Assembly (NCBI GenBank): GCA_965248355.1
Contig: OZ252098.1
Coordinates: forward strand, 1,024,001 to 1,088,000
From: Candidatus Latescibacterota bacterium
Lineage (GTDB): Bacteria; Latescibacterota; UBA2968; UBA8231
Length of the DNA stretch: 64,000 nucleotides
Direction: 5' to 3'
Shown here: piece after piece, positions 40,861-50,572 of the stretch
Layout: each line of letters begins with the position of its first letter
How positions within the stretch are numbered: position 1 is the first letter of the stretch
Program-made: the position numbers and the translations under genes
Notes under the pieces: model-generated
Database searches by the model: none
Seen by the model: the letters and a program-made list of their open reading frames with translations, nothing else
What the model was told of the DNA's origin: nothing

Positions 40861-41805
40861 TCACTGGAAGAGCGCGCTGATCGAGGTCTCTTCGTGAATG
40901 GCCCGGATGGCGTCGGCGAAATGCCGGGCCACGGAGACGACGGCGAGCTTGCTCTGGCCGGTCCGCGGCGGTTGCGGCACGGTGTCGGTAACGACGAGAG
41001 ACTCCAGCGTCGATTCCTCGATGCGGCTGGCCGCGTCGGCCGCCAGGGTCCCGTGCACGCAGCCGGCGTGGACGGAACGGGCCCCCCGGGCCAGGACGGC
41101 CTGGGCTCCATCGAGGATGGAGTCCCCGGTGATGATCTCGTCGTCGAAGAGCAGCACGTCCCGGCCCTCCACGGCACCGATGACGCCATGTACCTGGGTA
41201 TCTCCGCCTGCGGTCTGGCGATTGTCGATCACCACCAGGGGCAACCCGAGATGGCGGGCATAGGCCTCGGTCACCTTGGCACGGCTGATGTCGGGAGCCG
41301 CGGCGACACAACGGGACAGCTCCAGGCGGTCGGCGAAGTGACCGCAGATCGAGGGCACGCCGCTCAACTGGTCGATGGGGATGCGGCAGAAGCCCATGGT
41401 CTGGGGGCTGTGCAAGGTCATCGTCAGGATCCGGTCGGCCCCGGCCTCGACGAGGAGATCCGCCACGAGACGGGCTGCCACCGAGATGCGCGGCTCGTCC
41501 TTGCTGTCGGCCAGGGCGTAGGGATAGTACGGCAGGACCGCGGTGACACGGCCGGCGGAGGCGTACTTCAGGGCGTCGAGGGCGATGAGCGATTCCATCA
41601 GGTGGTCGCTCACGGGCGGGCAGGAGGTCTGGATCAGGAAGACGTCACAGCCGCGCACGTTCTCGCAGATCTTGACCTTTACGTTCTCGTTGCTGAAGCA
41701 GACGAACTCGATCTTCCCCGGCTCGATGCCGAGGGAGCGGCAGATCCCCTCGGCCAGGTCCGGGTTGCTGTTGCCCGCGAATACCTTGAGTGTCCTGTCG
41801 CCCAT
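40861..41805 (-). CDS. prs: Ribose-phosphate pyrophosphokinase paralog (degenerate active site)
   Basis: PRS fold motifs (ENVRG.DVF.IQT, PYYPY, VVTDTVP), but IDNRQ replaces IDKRR. Confidence 0.85.
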   Translation of the reverse strand: MGDRTLKVFAGNSNPDLAEGICRSLGIEPGKIEFVCFSNENVKVKICENVRGCDVFLIQTSCPPVSDHLMESLIALDALKYASAGRVTAVLPYYPYALADSKDEPRISVAARLVADLLVEAGADRILTMTLHSPQTMGFCRIPIDQLSGVPSICGHFADRLELSRCVAAAPDISRAKVTEAYARHLGLPLVVIDNRQTAGGDTQVHGVIGAVEGRDVLLFDDEIITGDSILDGAQAVLARGARSVHAGCVHGTLAADAASRIEESTLESLVVTDTVPQPPRTGQSKLAVVSVARHFADAIRAIHEETSISALFQ

Positions 41806-41811
41806 GGTTTC

Positions 41812-42483
41812 TCAGGGAAGCAGGGCCAGTTGCTCGCGGGCCCGCTGAGCGACGGTCGTCTTCGAATACTCCCCAATCACCCGTTCCAGCGCTTCCCGCT
41901 GGCGAGCCCCATCGTCCAGCAGCCGGAAACAGCGGGCGGCATCCATCAGGGCGATCGCCGAGGGCGGGTGGTCGGAATGGTCGTCGGCGTAGGCCACGAA
42001 GGCCTGGGCCGCGGCGGCGAGGTCCCCCTGGGCCTCGAGACAGGCCGCCAGCCCGGTGCGGGCGGCGAACACCAGGGGCGGCTGGTCCCCGTGCTCATCG
42101 AGGTAGCGCTGATACAGCCGCTGGGCGTCGACGTACCGGCCGAGGGTGAAGTAGCGGTTGGCGAGGAGGATGATCCCATGGGACGCCGCCGGCGTTCCCG
42201 CGTACTCCTCGATCAGCTGCTGGGCGATCCCCACGACCCGGTCGATCTGCCCCGATTGCTCGGCCAGGTTGGCCTCGAAGATCATGGCCGCCGCCCGGCT
42301 GCGGGCCTCGAGGCGCTGGCCCTGCAGGAAACTGGCGATGACGATGACGGCCACCACCGCCACCGCGCCGCCGATGAACAGCTGGGCCCGGCTCTTGACG
42401 TACTCCACGGCCCGGAGGATCCACTCGAGAAACCTGTCCTCCTCCAGGTCCGCCTTGCTCGGTCGCCGGTTACGCTCCTCCAT
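41812..42483 (-). CDS. Membrane-anchored TPR protein (YfgM-like)
   Basis: L.EDRF, single TM, TPR repeats. Confidence 0.7.
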   Translation of the reverse strand: MEERNRRPSKADLEEDRFLEWILRAVEYVKSRAQLFIGGAVAVVAVIVIASFLQGQRLEARSRAAAMIFEANLAEQSGQIDRVVGIAQQLIEEYAGTPAASHGIILLANRYFTLGRYVDAQRLYQRYLDEHGDQPPLVFAARTGLAACLEAQGDLAAAAQAFVAYADDHSDHPPSAIALMDAARCFRLLDDGARQREALERVIGEYSKTTVAQRAREQLALLP

Positions 42484-42561
42484 GGGGCTCCTCTCCGGGC
42501 GGGGCCGGTCTCCGTTCGGGGTGGGCCGCATGGGCCACGGGAGGCCGGTAGGTGATCGGAA

Positions 42562-43128
42562 TCAACGCTCTCCTCCGTACTGAACGGCGCACTCTATCCG
42601 GTATGGCTCCAGACTCTTCCTGCCCTCGAGAGGCCTGATCTCGACGAGGAAGGAGAGCCCCACGATGCGGGCGCCGAGGGACTCCACGAGGCGGCAGGCG
42701 GCGCGGGCGGTCCCTCCGGTAGCCAATACGTCGTCGAGGATGAGGACGCCGTCCCCGGGCCGCAGCGCGTCCCGGTGGACCTCGATCACGGACCGGCCGT
42801 ACTCGAGCTCATACTCCTCCCGGATCGCCTCCCGGGGCAGCTTTCCCTGCTTGCGGATGGGCACGAAACCGGCCCCGAGACAAGCGGCCACGGCCGGCCC
42901 GAGAAGGAAGCCCCGGGCCTCGATCCCGGCGACGTAGCCGACTCCGCTCTCGGCGAAGGGGGCCGCCAAGGCATCGACGGCGGCCTGCAAGCCGTGAGGG
43001 TGACCCAGGAGCGGCGTGATGTCGCGAAAGACCACGCCCGCCTTCGGAAAGTCGGGCACGTCCCGGATGAGGGACCGCAGGTCGGTTCCGATCTCTTCGA
43101 GTGTCCCATGGGGGATGGAGGATCGCAC
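42562..43128 (-). CDS. apt: Adenine phosphoribosyltransferase
   Basis: DFPKAGV.FRDIT, EARGF, LEYG, DDVLATGGT. Confidence 0.96.
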   Translation of the reverse strand: MRSSIPHGTLEEIGTDLRSLIRDVPDFPKAGVVFRDITPLLGHPHGLQAAVDALAAPFAESGVGYVAGIEARGFLLGPAVAACLGAGFVPIRKQGKLPREAIREEYELEYGRSVIEVHRDALRPGDGVLILDDVLATGGTARAACRLVESLGARIVGLSFLVEIRPLEGRKSLEPYRIECAVQYGGER

Positions 43129-43134
43129 GTCAGG

Positions 43135-43296
43135 TCAGAACAGGCTATAGATGAAGGGGGCCAGCGCCGGGCCCTCGGTGAGCACGACCAGCGAACCCAG
43201 CAGGAAGAGGGTGACGAAGATCGGTCCCAGCCACCACTTCTTGCGCACCTTCAGGAAGGACCACAGCTCCCACGCCCGTCCAGGCCGGCCCGTCAC
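43135..43296 (-). CDS. DUF5989-family small membrane protein, 53 aa (absent from ORF track)
   Basis: MTGRPGRAWELWSFLKVRKKWWLGPIFVTLFLLGSLVVLTEGPALAPFIYSLF; RKKWWL.P and APFIY.LF motifs. Confidence 0.85.
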   Translation of the reverse strand: MTGRPGRAWELWSFLKVRKKWWLGPIFVTLFLLGSLVVLTEGPALAPFIYSLF

Positions 43297-43315
43297 TTTC
43301 TTCCCTCTTCCCCTC

Positions 43316-44260
43316 TCAACTCAGAAGACGGCTCACCGACTCGCCGTGGTGAATAGCCTTGATCGCGTCCCCGAAGAGGCGCGCCACGGAGATGGTCTCG
43401 ATCTTGGGCGAGGTCTGTCCGGGTGGCAGGGGTATGGTGTTCGTCTTGACGAAGACCTCCACCGGGGAGTCGTCGATCCTCGCCAGGGCATCGCCGGAGA
43501 ACACGCCGTGCGTGCAGCCGGCCATGATGCGCTTCGCTCCCCGCTCCTTCAGCAAGCGGATGGCCTCCATCATCGAGCCACCTGTGAGCACCTCGTCGTC
43601 GAAGATCAGGGCGTCCCGTCCGTCGATGTCGCCGATCACGGTGAGAATCTCGGCCATCTCGTCGTCGGCGTGACGGCGCTTGTCCATGATGGCCAGGGGC
43701 AGGTCGAGACGATGGGCGTAGAAGCTGGCCTCGGTAGCCGAGCCGACGTCCGGGGACACGACCACGGCCCGTCCCAGGTCCTTCGTCTGCAGCAGGTGAT
43801 CGCAGATCAGGTTCGTCGCCCACAGCTGATCGACGGGGATGCGGGAGAAGGCGGCGATCTGGGGCGAGTGCAAGGTCATGGTGAGGATCCGGTTCGCCCC
43901 TGCCGTCTCGAGCAGATCGGCCACCAGGCGGGCGCTGATCGAGATCCGTGGCTCGTCCTTCTTGTCGGAGCGCACGTAGGGATAATAGGGCAGTACGGCC
44001 GTGATCCGGCGGGCCGAGGCGTATTTCAAGGCGTCGATCAGCAGCAGCAGCTCGATGAAGTGGTCGTTCACCGGCGAGCAGGAGGTCTGGATGACGAAGA
44101 CATCGTCCTCGCGGACATTCTCCTCCACCCGCACCTTGATGCTGTCGTTCGGCGTCCTCTCGAAGCTCACGCGTCCCGGCGGACAGTCGAGATAGGCGCA
44201 GATCTCCCCGGCGAGCTCGCGATTGCTCGACCCGGACATGATCTTGAGGTAGTTCTTCAT
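43316..44260 (-). CDS. prs: Ribose-phosphate pyrophosphokinase
   Basis: [38 protein letters not shown]-coupled to hemB. Confidence 0.92.
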   Translation of the reverse strand: MKNYLKIMSGSSNRELAGEICAYLDCPPGRVSFERTPNDSIKVRVEENVREDDVFVIQTSCSPVNDHFIELLLLIDALKYASARRITAVLPYYPYVRSDKKDEPRISISARLVADLLETAGANRILTMTLHSPQIAAFSRIPVDQLWATNLICDHLLQTKDLGRAVVVSPDVGSATEASFYAHRLDLPLAIMDKRRHADDEMAEILTVIGDIDGRDALIFDDEVLTGGSMMEAIRLLKERGAKRIMAGCTHGVFSGDALARIDDSPVEVFVKTNTIPLPPGQTSPKIETISVARLFGDAIKAIHHGESVSRLLS

Positions 44261-45294
44261 CCCAGGGAGCGCGCCACTTCCTTGGCGAAGTAGGTGAGTA
44301 TCAGGTCGGCGCCGGCCCGCTTGATGGCGACCAGAACCTCGTCGCGGACGCGGATCTCGTCGATCCAGCCGCGCTCGGCGGCGGCCTTGATCATGGCGTA
44401 CTCGCCGCTGACGTTGTACGCCGCCAGGGGCGCGTCGAAGCGGGCGCGGGCGGCGCGCAGGACATCGAGGTAGGCCAGGGCGGGCTTGACCATGACCACG
44501 TCCGCCCCCTCCTCCAGGTCGAGGGAGATCTCCCGAAGGGCTTCGCGAACGTTGGGCGGATCCATCTGGTACCCCCGCCGGTCGCCGAATCCGGGCGCCG
44601 AACCGGCCGCTTCGCGGAAGGGACCGTAGAAGGCGGAGGCGTACTTCGCCGCATAGGACATGATGGGCACCTCGGCGTGTCCGGCGCGGTCGAGGGCGCT
44701 GCGAATGGCGCCGACGCGGCCGTCCATCATGTCCGAGGGAGCCACGATGTCGGCGCCGGCGGCGGCGTAGACCACGGCCTCGCGGGCCAGCAACTCCACG
44801 GTGCGGTCGTTGTCGACCTGGCCGTCGATGATCACGCCGCAGTGGCCGTGGTCGGTGTACTCGCACAGACAGACATCGGCCAGGACCAGCAGGTCGAGGC
44901 CGGCCTCGCCGATGGCCGTGATCGCCCGGGGGATGATCCCCTCCGGGTCGTACCCCGGGCTGCCGACTCCGTCCTTGGAGTCGGGGATGCCGAAGAGGAT
45001 GACCGCGGGTATGCCCGCATCCACGGCCTCCCGGCACTCCTCCACGAGCACGTCCACCGACATCCGGGCCACTCCCGGCATGGCCTCGATCTCCTGCCGG
45101 ACGCCCCGGCCCGGGCAGGTGAACAGGGGCAGGATGAGATCCTCGCGCCGGACGTGGTGCTCCCGCACCATGGTGCGCAGCAGGCCGCTGCTTCGCAGCC
45201 GCCGGGGCCGGCTCGCCGCCGCCGAGGAACCGGCTTCGGGCCGCTCGCGGAGCTCTGTGAGGGGATCGACGATCGTGGCCATGGAGCCGCTCAC
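44257..45294 (-). CDS. hemB: Porphobilinogen synthase
   Basis: [36 protein letters not shown]. Confidence 0.97.
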   Translation of the reverse strand: MSGSMATIVDPLTELRERPEAGSSAAASRPRRLRSSGLLRTMVREHHVRREDLILPLFTCPGRGVRQEIEAMPGVARMSVDVLVEECREAVDAGIPAVILFGIPDSKDGVGSPGYDPEGIIPRAITAIGEAGLDLLVLADVCLCEYTDHGHCGVIIDGQVDNDRTVELLAREAVVYAAAGADIVAPSDMMDGRVGAIRSALDRAGHAEVPIMSYAAKYASAFYGPFREAAGSAPGFGDRRGYQMDPPNVREALREISLDLEEGADVVMVKPALAYLDVLRAARARFDAPLAAYNVSGEYAMIKAAAERGWIDEIRVRDEVLVAIKRAGADLILTYFAKEVARSLG

Positions 45295-46487
45295 ACCCTG
45301 TCGAAGGCCTGCTGGAGGTCGGCGATCAGGTCCTCCGCGTCCTCGATGCCGACACTGTACCGGACGAGCTCGTCGGTGATCCCGATGGCGAGCCGGTCGG
45401 GCCGGCTCAGGTCCGAGTAGGAGATGGTCGCCGGATGACTCACCAGGCTCTCCACCCCACCGAGACTGGGAGCCAGGTAGGGCAGCCGCAACTGGTGGAC
45501 GAAGGTCCGCGTGCGCTCGAGGTCGCCGTCGATGTCGAAGCTGACCACCCCTCCGAATCCCTTCATCTGGCGCGCGGCCACGGCGTGGTCGGGATGACTG
45601 GCCAGCCCCGGATAGAACACCCTGCGGACCTTGGAGTGCCCCTCGAGGAAACGGGCGATCCGGAGGGCGGTCTGGTTCTGCTGCTGCATGCGCAGGGCCA
45701 GCGTCTTGAGGCCCCGGATCAGCAGGTAGGCGGTGTTGGGATCGGAGTTGGTGCCGATGACGTCGCGGAACTCCTTGATCGCCCGCACCATGGGAGCCTT
45801 GCCGCAGACGCTGCCGGCCATCAGGTCGTTGTGTCCGCCCAGGTACTTGGTGGCGCTGTGGAACACGAGGTCGGCGCCGAACTCGAGGGGACGCTGGTTG
45901 ACCGGCGTGGCGAAGGTGCTGTCGATGAGAAGACGCAGCCGGTGCCCCTTGGCGAAGGGCACGAGCTTGTCGAGATCGGCCACGTGCAGGTGCGGGTTGG
46001 TAGGCGACTCGGAAAAGAGCACGCGGGTCTCCTTGCGGACGGCCGCTTCGAGCGCGTCGAAGTCGCCCGGGGCCACGCCGGAGCAGCCGATGCCGAATTT
46101 CCCGAGAAGCTCGCAGAGCTGCACGGTACGGCGGTAGCAGTCCTCCATGATCACGAGGTGCTGCCCGCTGCGCATCATGGCCAGCAGAACCGTGGTGATG
46201 GCGCTCATGCCGGAGGAGAACAACAGGGCCTCTTCGGCCCCGTCGAGGGCGGCGAGCTTGACCTCGGCGGCGCGGATCGTGGGATTGCCGTAGCGACCGT
46301 ACTCGAAATGGGGGCGCCTGCCCTGCTTGTATTCCTCGAACTCGTCGAGACTGTCGAATACGTAGGTCGCCGTCTGGGCGATCGGCGTGGTCACCGACCG
46401 GGCGTGCTTGCGGCGCGCCTCGCCGCCGTGGACCGCCCAGGTGGATGGACCGCCCGCGGCGGCCGGCGAGGAATCTTCTTCGCTCAT
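45291..46487 (-). CDS. metB: Cystathionine gamma-synthase (plant-type, Cys/Met PLP family)
   Basis: [36 protein letters not shown]. Confidence 0.8.
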   Translation of the reverse strand: MSEEDSSPAAAGGPSTWAVHGGEARRKHARSVTTPIAQTATYVFDSLDEFEEYKQGRRPHFEYGRYGNPTIRAAEVKLAALDGAEEALLFSSGMSAITTVLLAMMRSGQHLVIMEDCYRRTVQLCELLGKFGIGCSGVAPGDFDALEAAVRKETRVLFSESPTNPHLHVADLDKLVPFAKGHRLRLLIDSTFATPVNQRPLEFGADLVFHSATKYLGGHNDLMAGSVCGKAPMVRAIKEFRDVIGTNSDPNTAYLLIRGLKTLALRMQQQNQTALRIARFLEGHSKVRRVFYPGLASHPDHAVAARQMKGFGGVVSFDIDGDLERTRTFVHQLRLPYLAPSLGGVESLVSHPATISYSDLSRPDRLAIGITDELVRYSVGIEDAEDLIADLQQAFDRV

Positions 46488-46494
46488 CGGTCGT

Positions 46495-47832
46495 TCAGGC
46501 GTACACGGAGTCGAGGGTTTCGAGGACGGTCCGGCGGACCTGCTCGATATCGGCGGCGACCTCCACCGGCCGGTTGGCATGACTCGGCGTGACGTGGAAT
46601 TCGCCCAGTCGATCCTCGTGGTAACCCACCTTGAAGTCAGGAAACTTGAGGCCCAGGGCGGTGGAGAGCACCACGACACGGCTGTCGCGGGCAATGGTCC
46701 CCCGGGCGATCAGCTTCTCCAGCGCTGCCAGGGCGACGCCTGTGTGCGGGCAGGTGAACAGGCCGCTGCGGTCCGCCCGTGCGCAGGCGTCGGCCAACTC
46801 GGCCTCGGTCGCCTCTTCGACGACACCGTGGAAGCGACGCATGACGCGAATCGCCCGCTCCCAGCTGACCGGATCGCCGATGCGGATCGCCGAGGCCAGG
46901 GTGTCGGAGGCCTCGACGGGTTCGAAGGACTCGAAGCCCCCTTGATAGCTGCGGTAGAGGGGATCGGCGTTCCGGGCCTGGGCCACCGCCAGGCCCGGGA
47001 GCCGGTCGATCATGCCCATCTGCTGCATCTCCAGAAAGCCCTTTCCCAAGGCGCTCACGTTCCCGAGGTTGCCTCCCGGGATGACGATCCAGTCGGGGAC
47101 GATCCAGTCGAACTGCTGCAGCAGCTCGATGCCGACCGTCTTCTGTCCTTCGATCCTCAGCGAGTTCATCGAGTTGGCCAGATAGACGTTCTCGCTCTTG
47201 ACGAGCTCGCGCACCAGGCGCATGCAGCCGTCGAAGTCGGTCCGGATCGACAGGGTCAGGGCGCCGTTGGCGATCGGCTGGATCAGCTGCGACACGGAGA
47301 TCTTGTCCTTGGGCAACAGGACGATCACGGGGATGCCGGCCGCCGCTCCATAGGCCGCCAGGGAGGCCGAGGTATCCCCCGTGGAGGCGCAGGCGATGGC
47401 GGGGATCGCCTGTCCGTCAGCCCGCATCTGCTTGACCATGGACACGAGCACCGTCATGCCGAGGTCCTTGAAGGACCCCGTGTGGCTGTTGCCGCATTGC
47501 TTGATCCACAACTCCCCGACGCCCATCTCGTCGCCGAGGCGCTCGGCCCAGAACAGGTTGCTGCCCCCCTCGTAGATGGAGACCACGTTCCCGTCCTCCA
47601 CGGCGGGACAGACCATCTCCTTCTTGCCCCACACCCCGCTCCCGTAGGGCCACACGGTGCCCATGTAGCGCTGGTCGAACAGGCGCCGCCACTCGGTCCC
47701 GGGCCGCCGGCCCAGGGCCTCCAGGTCATGGACGACCTCGAACAGCCCGCCGCACTCGCACTCGTAGATCACCTCGTCGAGGTCGCGGCGGCTGCCGCAA
47801 CGGATACACTCGAACCAGGCCTCGTAGTCCAA
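46495..47832 (-). CDS. thrC: Threonine synthase (plant-type)
   Basis: HTGSFKDLGMTVLVS, CASTGDTS, NSMNSLRIEGQKT, PGGNLGN; TTG start; N-terminal Cys cluster. Confidence 0.93.
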   Translation of the reverse strand: MDYEAWFECIRCGSRRDLDEVIYECECGGLFEVVHDLEALGRRPGTEWRRLFDQRYMGTVWPYGSGVWGKKEMVCPAVEDGNVVSIYEGGSNLFWAERLGDEMGVGELWIKQCGNSHTGSFKDLGMTVLVSMVKQMRADGQAIPAIACASTGDTSASLAAYGAAAGIPVIVLLPKDKISVSQLIQPIANGALTLSIRTDFDGCMRLVRELVKSENVYLANSMNSLRIEGQKTVGIELLQQFDWIVPDWIVIPGGNLGNVSALGKGFLEMQQMGMIDRLPGLAVAQARNADPLYRSYQGGFESFEPVEASDTLASAIRIGDPVSWERAIRVMRRFHGVVEEATEAELADACARADRSGLFTCPHTGVALAALEKLIARGTIARDSRVVVLSTALGLKFPDFKVGYHEDRLGEFHVTPSHANRPVEVAADIEQVRRTVLETLDSVYA

Positions 47833-48031
47833 TCGGTCGTCCGAGCGAAGTGGAGGGGTGCGGGGGGGCAAGGGGCCCAAAAAAACTACCGCAGGGGTCC
47901 ACCGGCGGCAAGGATATAACCCACACCGGGCAAAGGACATGGAACCGGCCACGTAGCTCCGGATGGAGAGGGAGACGTTCCCGAACCTCTCCGCCAGATG
48001 AACGGACCGGCCCCTGTCGGTAAGCGCCGCG

Positions 48032-48544
48032 TCAGTCTCGCAGACGGCGCAGGAGCAATGGCATGGCACCTGCGGCGACAATGGTCTCCGGCACCATGTA
48101 GCTGCAGTTGTAGAGGAGGGAGTACTTCCACACCGGCGTTCCTTCCGGGGCCAGTTGGCCAAAGTAGACGATGCCGGACAGGACATGGCTTGCCAGCCGT
48201 ACCAGGCTGGCGCCGGCCACGGCCGTGACGATGACCAGGGAGCCGCTCCTGCGGGAGGCCATCAGGCCGGCCAGGCCCAGGCTGCCGAAGGCCGCGGGAT
48301 AGTCCAGGATGAGTTGCACCGGGTGCACGAAGTACGGAGTCATGGCGAAGTTCACGAACCCGTACGCGGCCCCGGCCAGGATGCCGGCGCGGGGGCCCCG
48401 TCTCAGCGCCAGAAAGAACAGGGGCAGCGTGTGCAGGCTCACGGATCCGCCGTACACGAGGTGAGGCAGCTTGATGCGGAGCAGGCTCAGAACCGCGGCA
48501 AGGGCGATGGCGACGGCGGTCTCGGCGGCGGGTCGGGTCCTCAC
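48032..48544 (-). CDS. thiT: ECF-type thiamine transporter S-component ThiT
   Basis: GGSVSL, HPVQLILDY..AF, H.LSG..YF...APEG...W.YS..YN; GTG start with GAGG RBS. Confidence 0.85.
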   Translation of the reverse strand: MRTRPAAETAVAIALAAVLSLLRIKLPHLVYGGSVSLHTLPLFFLALRRGPRAGILAGAAYGFVNFAMTPYFVHPVQLILDYPAAFGSLGLAGLMASRRSGSLVIVTAVAGASLVRLASHVLSGIVYFGQLAPEGTPVWKYSLLYNCSYMVPETIVAAGAMPLLLRRLRD

Positions 48545-48572
48545 GAAAGACCTCTGCGATTGTGCAAGGAGT

Positions 48573-48587
48573 TGGCACGAATGCTGC
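48573..48587 (+). promoter_or_regulatory. Candidate sigma54 (-24/-12) promoter
   Basis: TGGCAC-GAATG-CTGC, one mismatch to TGGCAC-N5-TTGC. Confidence 0.4.
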
Positions 48588-48598
48588 CTCAGGCCTCT

Positions 48599-48722
48599 CT
48601 GCTGGAACAGGGGAACCCGTCGGCCCCGAGCGGCTTCCAACGGGGGCGGGCCATCCCGGTCTTGGCTCGCGCACCTCCCTGGCGGCCGGAGGCGGTTTCT
48701 CGTCTCCGGCCGCACTCGTTCT
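48599..48722 (+). ncRNA. Candidate structured small RNA
   Basis: Stems CCCGT..CCCCG/CGGGGGCGGG and GCGGCCGGAG/CTCCGGCCGC whose G-U pairs favour the plus strand; follows the sigma54-like motif. Confidence 0.3.
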
Positions 48723-48732
48723 GCCCCGGGGA

Positions 48733-49788
48733 TCAGTTCAGGCGCTGCAGCAGCATGTAGCCCTGGGCGATACGTATCGGACCGCTCACCCCCCCGACCT
48801 CCAGGTCCAGCACGCTGCCCTCGACCTGGGGGAGCATCTCTCCGGGCCCGAAGAAGCCGAGGTCGCCGCCTTCCCGGGCGTTCGGGGCCTGGGAGAACCT
48901 CACGGCCAGTTCCCCGAAGTCGTCCCCGGCCTCCAGCTTCTGCAGGATATCGAGGGCCTGAGCCTCGGTCGGCACGAGGATGAAGCGAGCGCGCATCTTG
49001 CCGTCCAGGATCGCCCGGATAGCCTCCATGTTGAGATGGATGGCATGCTGGAGATTCGGGTCCCGGGCCAGGGCCTTGGTCTTTGCGTACCACTCAAGGG
49101 CTTCGGGGTACCGCTTCTGAGCGGCCAGCAGGTAGGCCATGTTGTTGTGTGACTCCACGTCGTCGGGAACCAGTTCGAGCGCCATGTGATAGTGCACGAG
49201 GGCGCTGTCCGGCTTCCCCGTGTGTGTGTGGTACAGGGCCAGCAACCGGTGCGCGTGAGGATTGCGGTTGTCCAGCGAGAGTGCGGTGTCGAGCTGGGCG
49301 CGGGCGGCGGCCAGGTCCCGGGCCTGCAGGTGCAGGAAGGCGAGCTGGGAGCGCACACCCGAATGGCCCGGGGCCAGGTCCAGCGCCTGGTGCACGTAGT
49401 ACAGGGCGGAGTCGAGCCGGCCAACGGCCAGGAAGGCGTCGTTCAGCATGGAATAGACCGGAAGTTGCGAGGGCTGCTCCTGCAGGGATCGACGCAGCAG
49501 TTGAACGGCCCGCTCTCCGTTTCCCTTGATGAGGTAGAGCTCGGCGATCCGGTTCAGGACCTGGGCGCTGCCGGCTCCCTCTTTCAGGGCCTGCTCGTAG
49601 CGAAGCAGCGACTGGTCGAGCTGACCGCGGCGGGCTAGGCCTTCGGCCTCCTTCACCAGTTGCACCAGCCTGGGCTCTTCGTCCTCAGCCGCGCTGTCCT
49701 CCGCCCGCGCAAGGACCAGCACGAGCCCCGCCAGCAGGACAAGGGCCCCGGGCCCGGCGGCCCGAGCGGCGCCATGCAATCCGGTCAC
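48733..49788 (-). CDS. Exported TPR protein with C-terminal parvulin (PpiC) PPIase domain
   Basis: Signal peptide, TPR repeats, F..LA..FS......GGDLGFF..G.M. Confidence 0.85.
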   Translation of the reverse strand: MTGLHGAARAAGPGALVLLAGLVLVLARAEDSAAEDEEPRLVQLVKEAEGLARRGQLDQSLLRYEQALKEGAGSAQVLNRIAELYLIKGNGERAVQLLRRSLQEQPSQLPVYSMLNDAFLAVGRLDSALYYVHQALDLAPGHSGVRSQLAFLHLQARDLAAARAQLDTALSLDNRNPHAHRLLALYHTHTGKPDSALVHYHMALELVPDDVESHNNMAYLLAAQKRYPEALEWYAKTKALARDPNLQHAIHLNMEAIRAILDGKMRARFILVPTEAQALDILQKLEAGDDFGELAVRFSQAPNAREGGDLGFFGPGEMLPQVEGSVLDLEVGGVSGPIRIAQGYMLLQRLN

Positions 49789-49804
49789 CGACCCACCTCC
49801 ACCA

Positions 49805-50572
49805 TCAACCGCCTTTCGACTGGAGCCTGCGCACGACCTCCCGGGTGATCCGCTCCACGAGGTCCGCCGAGGAGCTTCCGTCGTCCGGGGCGCAACCTGG
49901 CCGACCGCTGATTCCGAACCGGGCGCGCAGCTCGATCAGCTCGCGTACTTGATCGCTGTCGAGGGTATTCGTGGCGCCCAGCTGCCGCGAGACGAGGACG
50001 ATCCGGGCGAAGTGCTCGACCGTCTCCATCTTGAAGTGGGCCTCCTGCACCGACTTGCCGAGGGTAACGGCGCCGTGATTGGCCATCAGCACGGCATCGT
50101 ACTTCACCAGCAGCGGACGCATGGGCTCGAAGATATCGGGGCCACCGGGTGTGCCGTAGGGGGCGAGGGGCACACCGCCGAGGAGTACGATCACCTCGGG
50201 CAGGACACATTCGGTCAACTCGAGGCCCGCCACGGCAAAGCCGGTGGCCGTGGGGGGGTGCGCGTGGACCACGGCGGCCACGTCCGGCCGCAACCGGTAG
50301 GCCTCCAGATGCATGCGGATCTCCGAGGAGATCTTCATCGGGCCCGAGACCTGGGTCCCGTCCATGTCACAGGTGGCCAGCATCTCCTCGGTGAGGAATC
50401 CCTTGCTGACCCCTGTGGGTGTGCACAGGATCCGGTCGACGCCGAGCCGGGCCGACAGGTTGCCGTCGTTGGCGGCGACGAATCCGCGCTGATAGATCCG
50501 GCGCCCCATCTCGCAGATCTCGCGGCGGGCGGCGAAGGCGGAGGAGGCGGCGGCTACGGGATCAGCGGGCAT
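49805..50572 (-). CDS. Class II aldolase/adducin family protein, BMC-associated type
   Basis: ANDGNLS, TPTGVSKG, SSE..MH, VVHAHP, MANHGA; amphipathic C-terminal helix. Confidence 0.9.
   Translation of the reverse strand: MPADPVAAASSAFAARREICEMGRRIYQRGFVAANDGNLSARLGVDRILCTPTGVSKGFLTEEMLATCDMDGTQVSGPMKISSEIRMHLEAYRLRPDVAAVVHAHPPTATGFAVAGLELTECVLPEVIVLLGGVPLAPYGTPGGPDIFEPMRPLLVKYDAVLMANHGAVTLGKSVQEAHFKMETVEHFARIVLVSRQLGATNTLDSDQVRELIELRARFGISGRPGCAPDDGSSSADLVERITREVVRRLQSKGG

Noticed and set aside
47833..48031. SAM riboswitch or attenuator in the thrC-metB leader (weak hairpin followed by a T7 run on the minus strand)
   Set aside because: SAM-I core elements and a Thr-rich leader peptide could not be found; the hairpin is imperfect. 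An Rfam scan would be needed.
48545..48732. TPP riboswitch upstream of thiT
   Set aside because: The conserved CUGAGA and ACCUGA elements were not found on the minus strand.
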